Below, one piece after another: positions 1 to 7,639 of a DNA stretch of 10,691 bases. Position numbers and translations under genes: made by a program. Position 1 is the stretch's first letter. Every line of letters begins with the position of its first letter. The stretch spans positions 1-10,691 of the forward strand of contig WJMJ01000020.1 in the NCBI GenBank assembly GCA_014728035.1. Reading direction: 5' to 3'. The notes under the pieces were generated by a model. It saw only the letters and a program-made list of their open reading frames with translations. It made no database searches and had not been told where the DNA came from. Origin of the DNA: Promethearchaeota archaeon. GTDB taxonomy: Archaea; Asgardarchaeota; Thorarchaeia; Thorarchaeales; Thorarchaeaceae.

Positions 1-198
1 CCAAAGATATCCCCCTACTTCCAATCCCTTAGGAAGATGGGTGAGAGAAGAACATCCATAGAGATTAAGATACCCTCCCACTTCCAATCCCTCAGGAAGA
101 ATATCAACGAGAAGTCCGTCTGACTGTATGACCAATTCTATTTTGTCTTCTATACTTAGTTTAGAGGGATCTAACTTTGGGTTGAGAATATCTACCAT
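1..198 (-). CDS. 21-aa leucine-rich-repeat protein, paralog 2 (3' end runs off the window; not in the ORF track)
   Basis: Manual translation from ATG at 198 gives MVDILNPKLDPSKLSIEDKIELVIQSDGLLVDILPEGLEVGGYLNLYGCSSLTHLPKGLEVGGYLW, open to base 1. The N-terminus is nearly identical to the upstream paralog. The ATG overlaps that gene's last codons (ATA TGG TAG) and is preceded by AGGAGGGGTGATAAT. Confidence 0.9.
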   Translation of the reverse strand, partial: MVDILNPKLDPSKLSIEDKIELVIQSDGLLVDILPEGLEVGGYLNLYGCSSLTHLPKGLEVGGYLW

Positions 199-722
199 AT
201 TATCACCCCTCCTATCTTTATTGATTTAGGAAAATCTTTCTTTGTTTTGTATGGAAGCGAAGAACATCCTTCGAGCCAAAGATATCCCCCTACTTCCAAT
301 CCCTTAGGAAGATGGGTGAGAGAAGAACATCCTCTGAGATTAAGCCACCCTCCTACTTTTAGTCCCTCAGGAAGATGAGTGAGAGAAGAACATCCATTGA
401 GCCAAAGACTCCCTCCTACTTTCAATCCCTCAGGAAGATGGGTGAGAGAAGAACATTCTCTGAGATCAAGCCACCCTCCCACTCTCAATCCCTTAGGAAG
501 ATGAGTGAGAGAAGAACATCCTTCGAGATAAAGATCCCCTCCCACTTTCAATTCCTCAGGAAGATAGAGAAGAGAAGAACAATCTCTGAGATGAAGATTC
601 CTTCCCACTTTCAATCCCTCAAGAAGATCAATGAGAAGTCCATCCGATTGACGGACCAGCTCTATCTTCTCTTCTATGCTTAGTTTAGAGGGGTCTAAAG
701 AGGGGTTGAGAATATCTACCAT
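192..722 (-). CDS. Leucine-rich-repeat protein with six 21-aa repeats (LPxGLxVGGxLxLxxCSSLTH), paralog 1
   Basis: The ORF track gives 192..740 with a TTG start. ATG at 722 (MVDILNP...) is preferred because it matches the paralog's start. Six LxLxxCxxL-type repeats lie between an N-cap and a C-cap (PYKTKKDFPKSIKIGGVIIW). Confidence 0.88.
   Translation of the reverse strand: MVDILNPSLDPSKLSIEEKIELVRQSDGLLIDLLEGLKVGRNLHLRDCSSLLYLPEELKVGGDLYLEGCSSLTHLPKGLRVGGWLDLRECSSLTHLPEGLKVGGSLWLNGCSSLTHLPEGLKVGGWLNLRGCSSLTHLPKGLEVGGYLWLEGCSSLPYKTKKDFPKSIKIGGVIIW
258..625. repeat. Imperfect 63-bp coding tandem repeat (about 6 units) encoding the LRR solenoid
   Basis: AGAAGAACA recurs at 63-bp spacing (e.g. 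321, 384, 447, 510). The same unit is present at 1-100. Confidence 0.9.
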
Positions 723-774
723 ACTTTTATATATCACCAATTATAATTTCATAAATATCCAACAAAAATATCTT

Positions 775-1158
775 ATGGTGACATTTTTAGACAAACTCAA
801 TATAATACTAGAAGACAAGGATTTAGATGTAAGAATTGTCGAGCCAGTTAAATATGAGCCGTTATCTGACGAACAAGTTTCTGTCCATTTCAATGATCAT
901 CATATGGGGTATGTAAACAAGCTAATAAAACTAGTCAAGAACACAGATTACGCGGCTATGGGTCTCGAGGAAATAATAAAGACTAGTTTTGGCAAAGACA
1001 CTGATATATTCAATAACGCCGCACAAGTGTACAATCATAACTTATATTGGGAGAGTATGTCAAACGAAGAAACCACTCCTCCAGAATGGGTGGGCAGGGA
1101 CGAAATCATAAGCAAATCTATGGATTTGTTTGGTAGTGGGTGGGTTTGGGTGTGTGAG
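775..1158 (+). pseudogene. sodB: Fe/Mn superoxide dismutase (Fe-type signature), C-terminally truncated at a junction near 1158
   Basis: In frame with ORF 676..1344 from ATG at 775. Motifs HFNDHHMGYVNKL, FNNAAQVYNHNLYW and FGSGWVW are present, and NNAAQ is the Fe-SOD-type signature. The DxWEHAYY motif carrying the last two metal ligands is missing. The frame instead continues into the antisense of another gene. Confidence 0.8.
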
Positions 1159-1434
1159 AATCGCTGTAACACTGGTCGCACTAACATCATTCGCTGTAAC
1201 ACTGTTCAGAGTCAGAGAGGTCGCAACACCGAGAGAACCATCGGCCGCTTGCACTATCTGAGCGCCGGCCACATCGGCATTAATCTTCGACGCCGTAACG
1301 GCATCACTTGCTATTTTCGCTGTTGTAATTGCTGTGTCGGCTAGCTTAACAGTGGTAATTGCGCTGTTAGCCACCTTTGCTGTCGTGATTTGACTATCAC
1401 GAATTTGGGGAGTTCTAAATTGTGTAACGGCCAT
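1159..1434 (-). CDS. Tail-fibre-like/virion protein N-terminus with 10-aa ITTAKxA repeats, truncated at the junction
   Basis: MAVTQFRTPQIRDSQITTAKVANSAITTVKLADTAITTAKIASDAVTASKINAD... Repeats of this type are common in phage fibre/virion proteins. AGGAGG RBS at 1443-1448. After ...SVTAI the ORF (to 1060) is just the antisense of the SOD gene. Confidence 0.65.
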
Positions 1435-1442
1435 TTTTATTT

Positions 1443-1448
1443 CCTCCT
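1443..1448 (-). promoter_or_regulatory. Shine-Dalgarno AGGAGG
   Basis: CCTCCT on the + strand, 8 nt upstream of the ATG at 1434. Confidence 0.8.
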
Positions 1449-1488
1449 AGAAGTCAAACTTTCTCTCTATTTTTGAATGAATTATATA

Positions 1489-1975
1489 TTATCTTGCCAA
1501 ATATGTGATAGAAATTACATCATCAGATATTGGCAAGGTATCTCCGTTAATGATAGTAAATGTTTCGTAATCAGGTCCGTTTTGTTGAATGTTGGCTGGG
1601 TTGTATTGTTGACCATTCAATAAAACCGCTAAAGTTCCGGGATGATATGCCTCTCCGCTTGGAAGAGTGAAAGTGTCATTGACACCCGTCTTTTGTTCCA
1701 ACTGGCTCTATGGCCGTACGATATCCACCAAAATCAGTACCAAAAATTACTTTGCCAGTAGATGGATCAAACCTAAATATTACTCTCCATGCGCCAAACA
1801 TGTATTGTCTAAAGCTATAATCTGTGGTTCTAAACCACAGTTTGCCCTCTTGAGCAAATGGGGGTACACTGTCACCGGAGTGGCAGCTATCTAGAGAATC
1901 CAATTGCTTCCTCATTTCGGCAGAAGCAAGAGGAGACTTGTAGGCAGGTTTTGAAGGATTGAAATTTTGAGCCAT
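1489..1975 (-). CDS. Putative virion structural protein (about 161 aa) split by a 1-bp frameshift at 1685-1687
   Basis: ORFs 1676..1975 and 1489..1701 join if one G is removed from GACGGGTGTC (minus strand), giving ...EPVGTKDGVNDTFTLPSGEAYHPGTLAVLLNGQ... The span is 487 bp = 3n+1. Both the SGxxxP...GKLWFRT and GxNxTFTL...VxLNG motifs resemble phage tail/fibre modules. Confidence 0.65.
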
Positions 1976-2030
1976 AATTCATCCCATGCAATTTTATTAT
2001 ATCTTTGATTTGCATAAGATGAATTGGATA

Positions 2031-2594
2031 TTATGGAATGTCAGTTAAACTCTGGTCTTTTGATATCAACATTGCCAAAACAAAAGAATAATCAAATTCT
2101 TTGGCGGGATTAAATAATACTTCTGTTAAACTCATCTGTTTGTGATCAAAACCGTGTTTTGATATCATTGCCACTATTTCGTGGTTTGATGCTATATTCT
2201 TCAGTTCACGATATGAATCCATATTAGATATCAGTCTGATATATTTGGAAACAAATATTCTTCTTCGGGCTTCGATAACACCATACCTGGCTCCATCCCA
2301 AAAATGATACAGATATTTCTTTTTAGTTGATTTTGCTGGTTTGTCTTTGTCCCATCCTTTTGTGGCCCAATCCCAATATTTAGTAGTTATTTGGCCATTT
2401 TCCGTGTGCTCTTTATAAACTTTCGTATACTCCCAGGCATTGTGAAGATTTTTAGCCTGCCGACCCTTGTATAACATACAAGGTCCGATATTGATTGGAT
2501 TGAGTTCTGGAAATTCTTTATTTAAATCTACCTTAAATATGTCTTTTGGAATCTTCTGTTTGGTAGAATACACCCTAACTTCGGTCATTTTCAT
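2031..2594 (-). CDS. DUF6939-like hypothetical protein (non-structural, basic)
   Basis: Motif series LNPINIGP, AKNLHNAWEYTKVY, YWDWATKG, WDGARYGVIEARRRIF resembles, from memory, the LSP..GP / ENxWQxxKVY / YxEARKxIY pattern of this phage/giant-virus family. RBS-like AAGGA precedes the start. Confidence 0.5.
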   Translation of the reverse strand: MKMTEVRVYSTKQKIPKDIFKVDLNKEFPELNPINIGPCMLYKGRQAKNLHNAWEYTKVYKEHTENGQITTKYWDWATKGWDKDKPAKSTKKKYLYHFWDGARYGVIEARRRIFVSKYIRLISNMDSYRELKNIASNHEIVAMISKHGFDHKQMSLTEVLFNPAKEFDYSFVLAMLISKDQSLTDIP

Positions 2595-2637
2595 GATCCT
2601 TTTTATTTAGAAAACATATTTGTAAAATACTATTGAC

Positions 2638-5600
2638 TTACGACACCTTGGCAGGCAACATATTATTGTCTGTGTCGTATGATTCCCAGACATCTATGAA
2701 TTGAAACGGAGATATAGAGCATATTCCACCAGTAAGTTCTCCGGTGGACTCACCGACAAAATCAAAATCCCAAAACCCAACATCCCAAATACCTTCATCC
2801 CACTCTCTAACATTTTCATCTTCAGACCAAACAATATAAATATCATCTTCATTATTTGGGTCTGTCCAATGCGGCCCACAAATGGTAGCCATCTTTACTT
2901 CGTCTTGCAGAAGATACTCATACCTATGTGTAAATCTATCTGCGGGTGTCGGCCACTCGCAATCATAATTAGTTTGTCTATAGGTTACTTCTTGTTCGGT
3001 ACCTTCGGCGTTCAGAACCCATCCACCATTTTGCAAAATAAATATTTGTCTTATCGTCGTAAGTATTCCCTTGCGGAAGACTTTCCCATTGGCCACATAA
3101 CCATCGCTCTCTTCTCCCCAAATTCTGGGCTGGAAAGTCTCGTATGTGATATCAAGAACTTCCAAATTTTCTTCGAACGTTATTCTATATTGTATATCAT
3201 ATTCGTCTTTAAATTCAAATTCATTTGGACCGGTTTCTTCGAATTCCCAATTCAACCAATCCGATATTTTACCGTCATGGCTGTAATTCTTGCCACTAAT
3301 TGTTTCAACAAGAGAAGCAACATAATCTATTTCTACATGGTCGTTGTTGAAATCGTATTCGCCCCTATCGTTCTTGAAGAAATCAAAATTACAATTTCTT
3401 CGGTCATCGGTACATAAATATTCAGCACAGTCACAATCATATCTATAGCCGCGCCATGTTTCATATCCATTATATGTATTAATTGTGCCAGATTCTTCTG
3501 GTTTTGACATAAATATCTCAGAACTATATGTTCCGGCAGCTTCTATGCTAGCTGTCGAGTCCAAATCTGACTCTATTACAAGATTTCCATCCATTACTCT
3601 TTCTGCAGTAATTGCAGACACATCAAAAGTTAACTCTCCAACAGATGATGGATATCCATCTCTGTAATCAAGATATCCATCAGTGTTTGAGCATTGTCTA
3701 GCAGAATCAAAAGACGGAGAATCTATTGATATATCAGAATCTGAACTGTAAACGACATTGTCTAATTCAACAAATGATCTTTCTTCCGTCGTAGAATAAA
3801 CAGAATGTGTAAATTCTACATCAGACTCGCCAGAATAGTATGGTATATCTGGCTTTATTAAATTAGCTTCATATGTCAAATCTTCTTCGTCAAAAACAAG
3901 CTGCTCATTGATGGTTCCGTCACTCTCGATATTACTAATAATTTTAGCATTTAATGGGTTAATTAAATCGAAACATTCGTCATTAATATCCCATGGCCTT
4001 GATTTGTAATGTGGATGAGTGAAGTCACTAAGCAACCCACCTCTTATTTGTCTATGTCTTGAAAATCCCATCCCAATCTTCTCAATCTCTATACTTGGTC
4101 TTAAATGAGATCCCATGTAGAGATTTCTGAAGAAAAGAGTATTACTATAATGAAGGCTTTGATCAGAATTGGTTAATCTATCGTTATACCATCCACGAAT
4201 GTTATCCAACGTACCTGTGTTTATGGTATAATAAATACCAAGACCTTGCATTAAATTGCATGGTTTGTTGCGAACAATTGTCTTTGGTTGTATGTCTATT
4301 TCTAGATTCAAAAAGTCTCTGACCCTACCTTTATAGCAATAATCTGGGGTGTTGAGACGGTCCAATTCTGTTATTTTAGATCTGATATCTAATTGGTGGT
4401 CAACATCTACCAGCATACTTATATAGTATACGTCAGTGTTTATCTTTCTTACTACTTCAATCACAACACCAACACCAGCTATGTTGGATAATATTTGATA
4501 TTTCGTAGTTCTAATGTTTAACTTAATAGATTCAGTGCCACTACTTGGAACACTTTCTAAATAAGTGCCCATATAAGTCATATCTATTCTTGACCCCATA
4601 TCAAGCGTTGCGGGTGTGCTGTCATCTACTTCGACAATAAGGTCATAAGACACTCTATCCTGGCCAAAATTGTCTCCGGCATTGTCGGGTATTGGGATAG
4701 TTATGTTTGAAACAGATCTGGCCCATTCTATATCGTCTTGTCTGGTTTCTGATATGTCCAACCACTCTGTTGTTACATCGTGCCAGCGGTCATATTCTTC
4801 TCTTAATCCTTCTAAAATAATATTTCTTACTTTATTGTCAGATTCTCTTAATCCACCCCTTGCGTTTTGTTCATTGCATTCGTCCGTGATAAAACATTCT
4901 GTCGCTGGACATGCAGGTGGTATCATTAAGGCATTGGCGTCGGAATCTCTTTGTTGCGACAAAAAAGAATTGTTACAAAAATCAGTTACATTATAAAAAT
5001 CTCTTAGTTCAGCATCATAACTTATTTTGCGCAGCAGCGAATGGAAGGCTTTGAATTTAAATAAAGAATCAATCAGATAATCATATAGACCAGGTTCTAT
5101 GTCTCCTACTTTGGACGTAATCTTGACATCAAACCTATTTGTCTGGTTATTTATTAAATGATCTGGAACTGTTATTTTGTCTCGACCATAAGTCGCAAAT
5201 ACATATAGGGTACTATTAGATAAATCTTTATAATTAGCAAAGGTTATATTTAACTTGTCTTTTAAAATATCATATTGAACACCATCAAATCTCAAAACAG
5301 GAGAACCAATATGTTCCTGTGATAGAACTTCTATATCACTAATGACCAGCCTAGCATATGATTCTATCCCTCCATCATCAATAGACAATACTTCCTGCGG
5401 CAACATCAAATAGCCATCGGAATAATTAACAATAGTATCTTTAGTGAGATAATTAGGGTCGTCGACAAGATTGTTTATTATTACTGTTAAATCTTCATGA
5501 GATTGGCTATTGTTTTCTACCACATAAGCGCTTAAAACTATTTGGCTGTCTTTGTTATGAAACAACAATGGTACTTCGAAATCACCAAAGCCGGATTCAT

Positions 5601-6699
5601 CATAATTGGCCGCTAGCGGATCTGTCTGACTAACGACAGAAGATATAATTTCGTCCTGAGGAGTTACTCTTGGATTGGGATCTGGCTCGTTTGGTGCGAA
5701 GAATCTATTGCCATCAGAACCAACCCACAAATTTATTAATTCAACAGTAAAACCAAGGATAGAAAATAATTCTTTTATTGCTAATTCACTACCCTTTAAT
5801 CTCTGTAATTCAACACCCCGCTCGAGCATATTTCGGCGGATCTTGTCTATGTTTTGAATTCCGGATCTGGTTGGTAACTCGATTCCAATTAGATAGGACA
5901 GATATGGGAAAAGCTGCGGTGGTATCCTGCTAATCCAGTTTATTCCATGCAGTAATTCAGTCTCGTCAAATATGTCTTGCAGAATGTCAGCAAATGGCCT
6001 ATATAGATTAACAGTGAAATCTTGCTTTCTGTCAGTATCTTGTATGTAAAGCGCTGGTGTGCGCTTGACCATCTCCTCATGGATTTCGCCAGGATGATTT
6101 ATTGGATAATCTAATTTATTTTTCAGTATATTATCAGATATGCAAAATAATATATCGTCTGTCTTTATTCGTTCACAATATTCGACAATCCACGAAGCAA
6201 TATATCTGCCAGACGGTAGATTGTCAACATTGATTTCTATAGACGAAAGGTCGAAATATTCAGCATCTGGCAAATATTCTACTCTACTTCTAATACCCCT
6301 AGAGCTATCGTATTCTATCCAGTCACCTTCTTCTGGATCTTCAATAGATTCGCCGGTTTCTTGATCATAAATGGTGTAGTCAGATGGGTCTATTCTATAT
6401 TCTAGAAGCTGTTCATAACTCAGAGTAATCTCAAATATTATGGCATCTGGATCGGCAGCTGGTTTGAGACCTAGCGGGGCATAACTTTGCGGGTGCCCAG
6501 CAACCCTGATTTGGATTGGTCTTTCGATGGCAAATGTAACACTTTTTATTTGAGAGTTGCTTATTCTATTACCATTTACATCAAAAGACCATGGGACCAC
6601 CAACAGAGTAGAGGTCCAAACAGGATGCCATCCTGTGCGGTTATTTTGCGCGGGCCATTCTAGAAGTGTAGGCTGAAACCTATCTAGTTCTTTAGCCAT
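2638..6699 (-). CDS. Large acidic baseplate wedge/tail protein (1353 aa) containing a P2 gpI / T4 gp7-like domain
   Basis: The segment RTPALY...LYRPFADILQDIFD...IPPQLFPYLSYLIG...RRNMLERGVELQRLKGSELAIKELFSILGFTVELINLW (about 5720-6080) matches the Tail_P2_I-type pattern. A KFKAFH motif (KPAH-like) lies near 5040-5060. D/E-rich composition and structural-gene context agree. Confidence 0.7.
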   Translation of the reverse strand: MAKELDRFQPTLLEWPAQNNRTGWHPVWTSTLLVVPWSFDVNGNRISNSQIKSVTFAIERPIQIRVAGHPQSYAPLGLKPAADPDAIIFEITLSYEQLLEYRIDPSDYTIYDQETGESIEDPEEGDWIEYDSSRGIRSRVEYLPDAEYFDLSSIEINVDNLPSGRYIASWIVEYCERIKTDDILFCISDNILKNKLDYPINHPGEIHEEMVKRTPALYIQDTDRKQDFTVNLYRPFADILQDIFDETELLHGINWISRIPPQLFPYLSYLIGIELPTRSGIQNIDKIRRNMLERGVELQRLKGSELAIKELFSILGFTVELINLWVGSDGNRFFAPNEPDPNPRVTPQDEIISSVVSQTDPLAANYDESGFGDFEVPLLFHNKDSQIVLSAYVVENNSQSHEDLTVIINNLVDDPNYLTKDTIVNYSDGYLMLPQEVLSIDDGGIESYARLVISDIEVLSQEHIGSPVLRFDGVQYDILKDKLNITFANYKDLSNSTLYVFATYGRDKITVPDHLINNQTNRFDVKITSKVGDIEPGLYDYLIDSLFKFKAFHSLLRKISYDAELRDFYNVTDFCNNSFLSQQRDSDANALMIPPACPATECFITDECNEQNARGGLRESDNKVRNIILEGLREEYDRWHDVTTEWLDISETRQDDIEWARSVSNITIPIPDNAGDNFGQDRVSYDLIVEVDDSTPATLDMGSRIDMTYMGTYLESVPSSGTESIKLNIRTTKYQILSNIAGVGVVIEVVRKINTDVYYISMLVDVDHQLDIRSKITELDRLNTPDYCYKGRVRDFLNLEIDIQPKTIVRNKPCNLMQGLGIYYTINTGTLDNIRGWYNDRLTNSDQSLHYSNTLFFRNLYMGSHLRPSIEIEKIGMGFSRHRQIRGGLLSDFTHPHYKSRPWDINDECFDLINPLNAKIISNIESDGTINEQLVFDEEDLTYEANLIKPDIPYYSGESDVEFTHSVYSTTEERSFVELDNVVYSSDSDISIDSPSFDSARQCSNTDGYLDYRDGYPSSVGELTFDVSAITAERVMDGNLVIESDLDSTASIEAAGTYSSEIFMSKPEESGTINTYNGYETWRGYRYDCDCAEYLCTDDRRNCNFDFFKNDRGEYDFNNDHVEIDYVASLVETISGKNYSHDGKISDWLNWEFEETGPNEFEFKDEYDIQYRITFEENLEVLDITYETFQPRIWGEESDGYVANGKVFRKGILTTIRQIFILQNGGWVLNAEGTEQEVTYRQTNYDCEWPTPADRFTHRYEYLLQDEVKMATICGPHWTDPNNEDDIYIVWSEDENVREWDEGIWDVGFWDFDFVGESTGELTGGICSISPFQFIDVWESYDTDNNMLPAKVS

Positions 6700-6717
6700 A
6701 TGATCTACGAGATATTT

Positions 6718-6849
6718 CTATTTTGATTTTTTATTGTTTTTACGCGGACCTGCTTTTACGCCGCCAAATGATTTAGATGGGTTTATCGAAGCTCTATATG
6801 GGCTCTGGCGTAGAGTGTGCAGATATGTCGCAGATTTGCGCTGGCTCAT
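6718..6849 (-). CDS. 43-aa highly basic small protein (below the ORF-track cutoff)
   Basis: MSQRKSATYLHTLRQSPYRASINPSKSFGGVKAGPRKNNKKSK* has a perfect AGGAGG at 6855-6860, 5 nt upstream of the ATG. It fills the gap between two co-oriented genes. Confidence 0.7.
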   Translation of the reverse strand: MSQRKSATYLHTLRQSPYRASINPSKSFGGVKAGPRKNNKKSK

Positions 6850-6890
6850 GGTGACCTCCTATTGTTTTACTTATTTTTGATAAGTAATAT

Positions 6891-7169
6891 TTAGGTAGCC
6901 AGCCCATTATCTTGCAAATAAACAATTATTTTATCTGGGTCATCGATAACATTGTCGGTGTGGGTCAGAAGGACAGGTGCATTGCTTGTTTCTAGACCGA
7001 AAGTATCTAGTATATCTCTTGTTCCTTCATTAGAAAATGTATGTATTACAGTCAATATTTGATCACCATTGCCTATCATGGAATCATTAAACATGGAATT
7101 GGATATATGTTTTTTAATCTTTGTGCAATCCGGACAATTCCATGCGAGAAATAATTTGTCTGAGATCAT
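6891..7169 (-). CDS. Thioredoxin/glutaredoxin-fold protein (CPDC)
   Basis: 92 aa. An N-terminal hydrophobic strand is followed by WNCPDC and a helix, with a later APVL cis-Pro-type motif. ATGA overlap with the upstream gene. Confidence 0.65.
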   Translation of the reverse strand: MISDKLFLAWNCPDCTKIKKHISNSMFNDSMIGNGDQILTVIHTFSNEGTRDILDTFGLETSNAPVLLTHTDNVIDDPDKIIVYLQDNGLAT

Positions 7170-7639
7170 TTCTCAAAATCCTCGCAATTCATACACTTCT
7201 TCTCGGTAGTGATTACATGTTTGCCACAATCAAATGCCGCTTTCTTTTTGACCGTACCACCACAACACACCTCGTCAATTTCGCCTATCTTCTTACCACC
7301 ATGTTTACATTTATTTGGGGTTTTGGTGTCTGGAAATATAAATGACCTCAATTTATCTGTCAATTTTTTGCCTTCTTCTGAAGAAATCATCTCCAATTCA
7401 TCCAATATGTTCTTGGCTTCTTCTATTTGTTTTTGTCTTTTATCTTGCATTTCCTTCATGCGTTTGTGTGCATCTTGTGATTTTTTGGGAAGTTGTTCCA
7501 ATTCAGCCCCGATCGGTAAATTTTCTGGACATTCTATCTCTCCATATTGCTTTCCCATTTGCTCCCTAAATCTCTCATTGTTTCTGCACTGATAACAATT
7601 GGCTCTAGATTGACAGATCGGAGTTTCAGAAAATTTCAT
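7166..7639 (-). CDS. Cys-rich hypothetical protein (10 Cys) with a central coiled coil, possibly metal-binding
   Basis: CQSRANCYQCR...ECP N-terminal cluster, charged helical middle, and a CKH...CCGG...C...CMNC C-terminal cluster. RBS AAGGGAG. Confidence 0.75.
   Translation of the reverse strand: MKFSETPICQSRANCYQCRNNERFREQMGKQYGEIECPENLPIGAELEQLPKKSQDAHKRMKEMQDKRQKQIEEAKNILDELEMISSEEGKKLTDKLRSFIFPDTKTPNKCKHGGKKIGEIDEVCCGGTVKKKAAFDCGKHVITTEKKCMNCEDFEK

Noticed and set aside
1-625. CRISPR array suggested by regularly spaced repeats
   Set aside because: The period is 63 bp with no unique spacers. The repeats are in-frame LRR coding units, and no cas genes are present.
375-683. + strand 102-aa repetitive ORF
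   Set aside because: Antisense shadow of the LRR repeat gene.
1-722. Diversity-generating retroelement acting on the LRR genes
   Set aside because: There is no reverse transcriptase or non-coding template repeat in the window. Many variable codons are NNT, but TGG, AGA and GAA variants do not fit simple mutagenesis of AAY codons.
676-1344. Full 222-aa ORF as one real protein
   Set aside because: Residues before 775 overlap the LRR gene and the intergenic region. Residues after ~1158 are the antisense of the ITTAK-repeat gene.
1986-2015. Inverted repeat ATGCAA-N18-TTGCAT as a terminator
   Set aside because: Only a 6-bp stem with a long loop and no GC-rich hairpin or U-tract, so it is not supportable.
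2694-6364. Alternative-frame and antisense ORFs inside the 1353-aa gene (2694..2879, 2701..3417, 3485..3667, 4670..4996, 5675..5857, 6140..6364)
   Set aside because: They are fully nested in a long credible gene, with no recognisable motifs or RBS and shadow-like composition.
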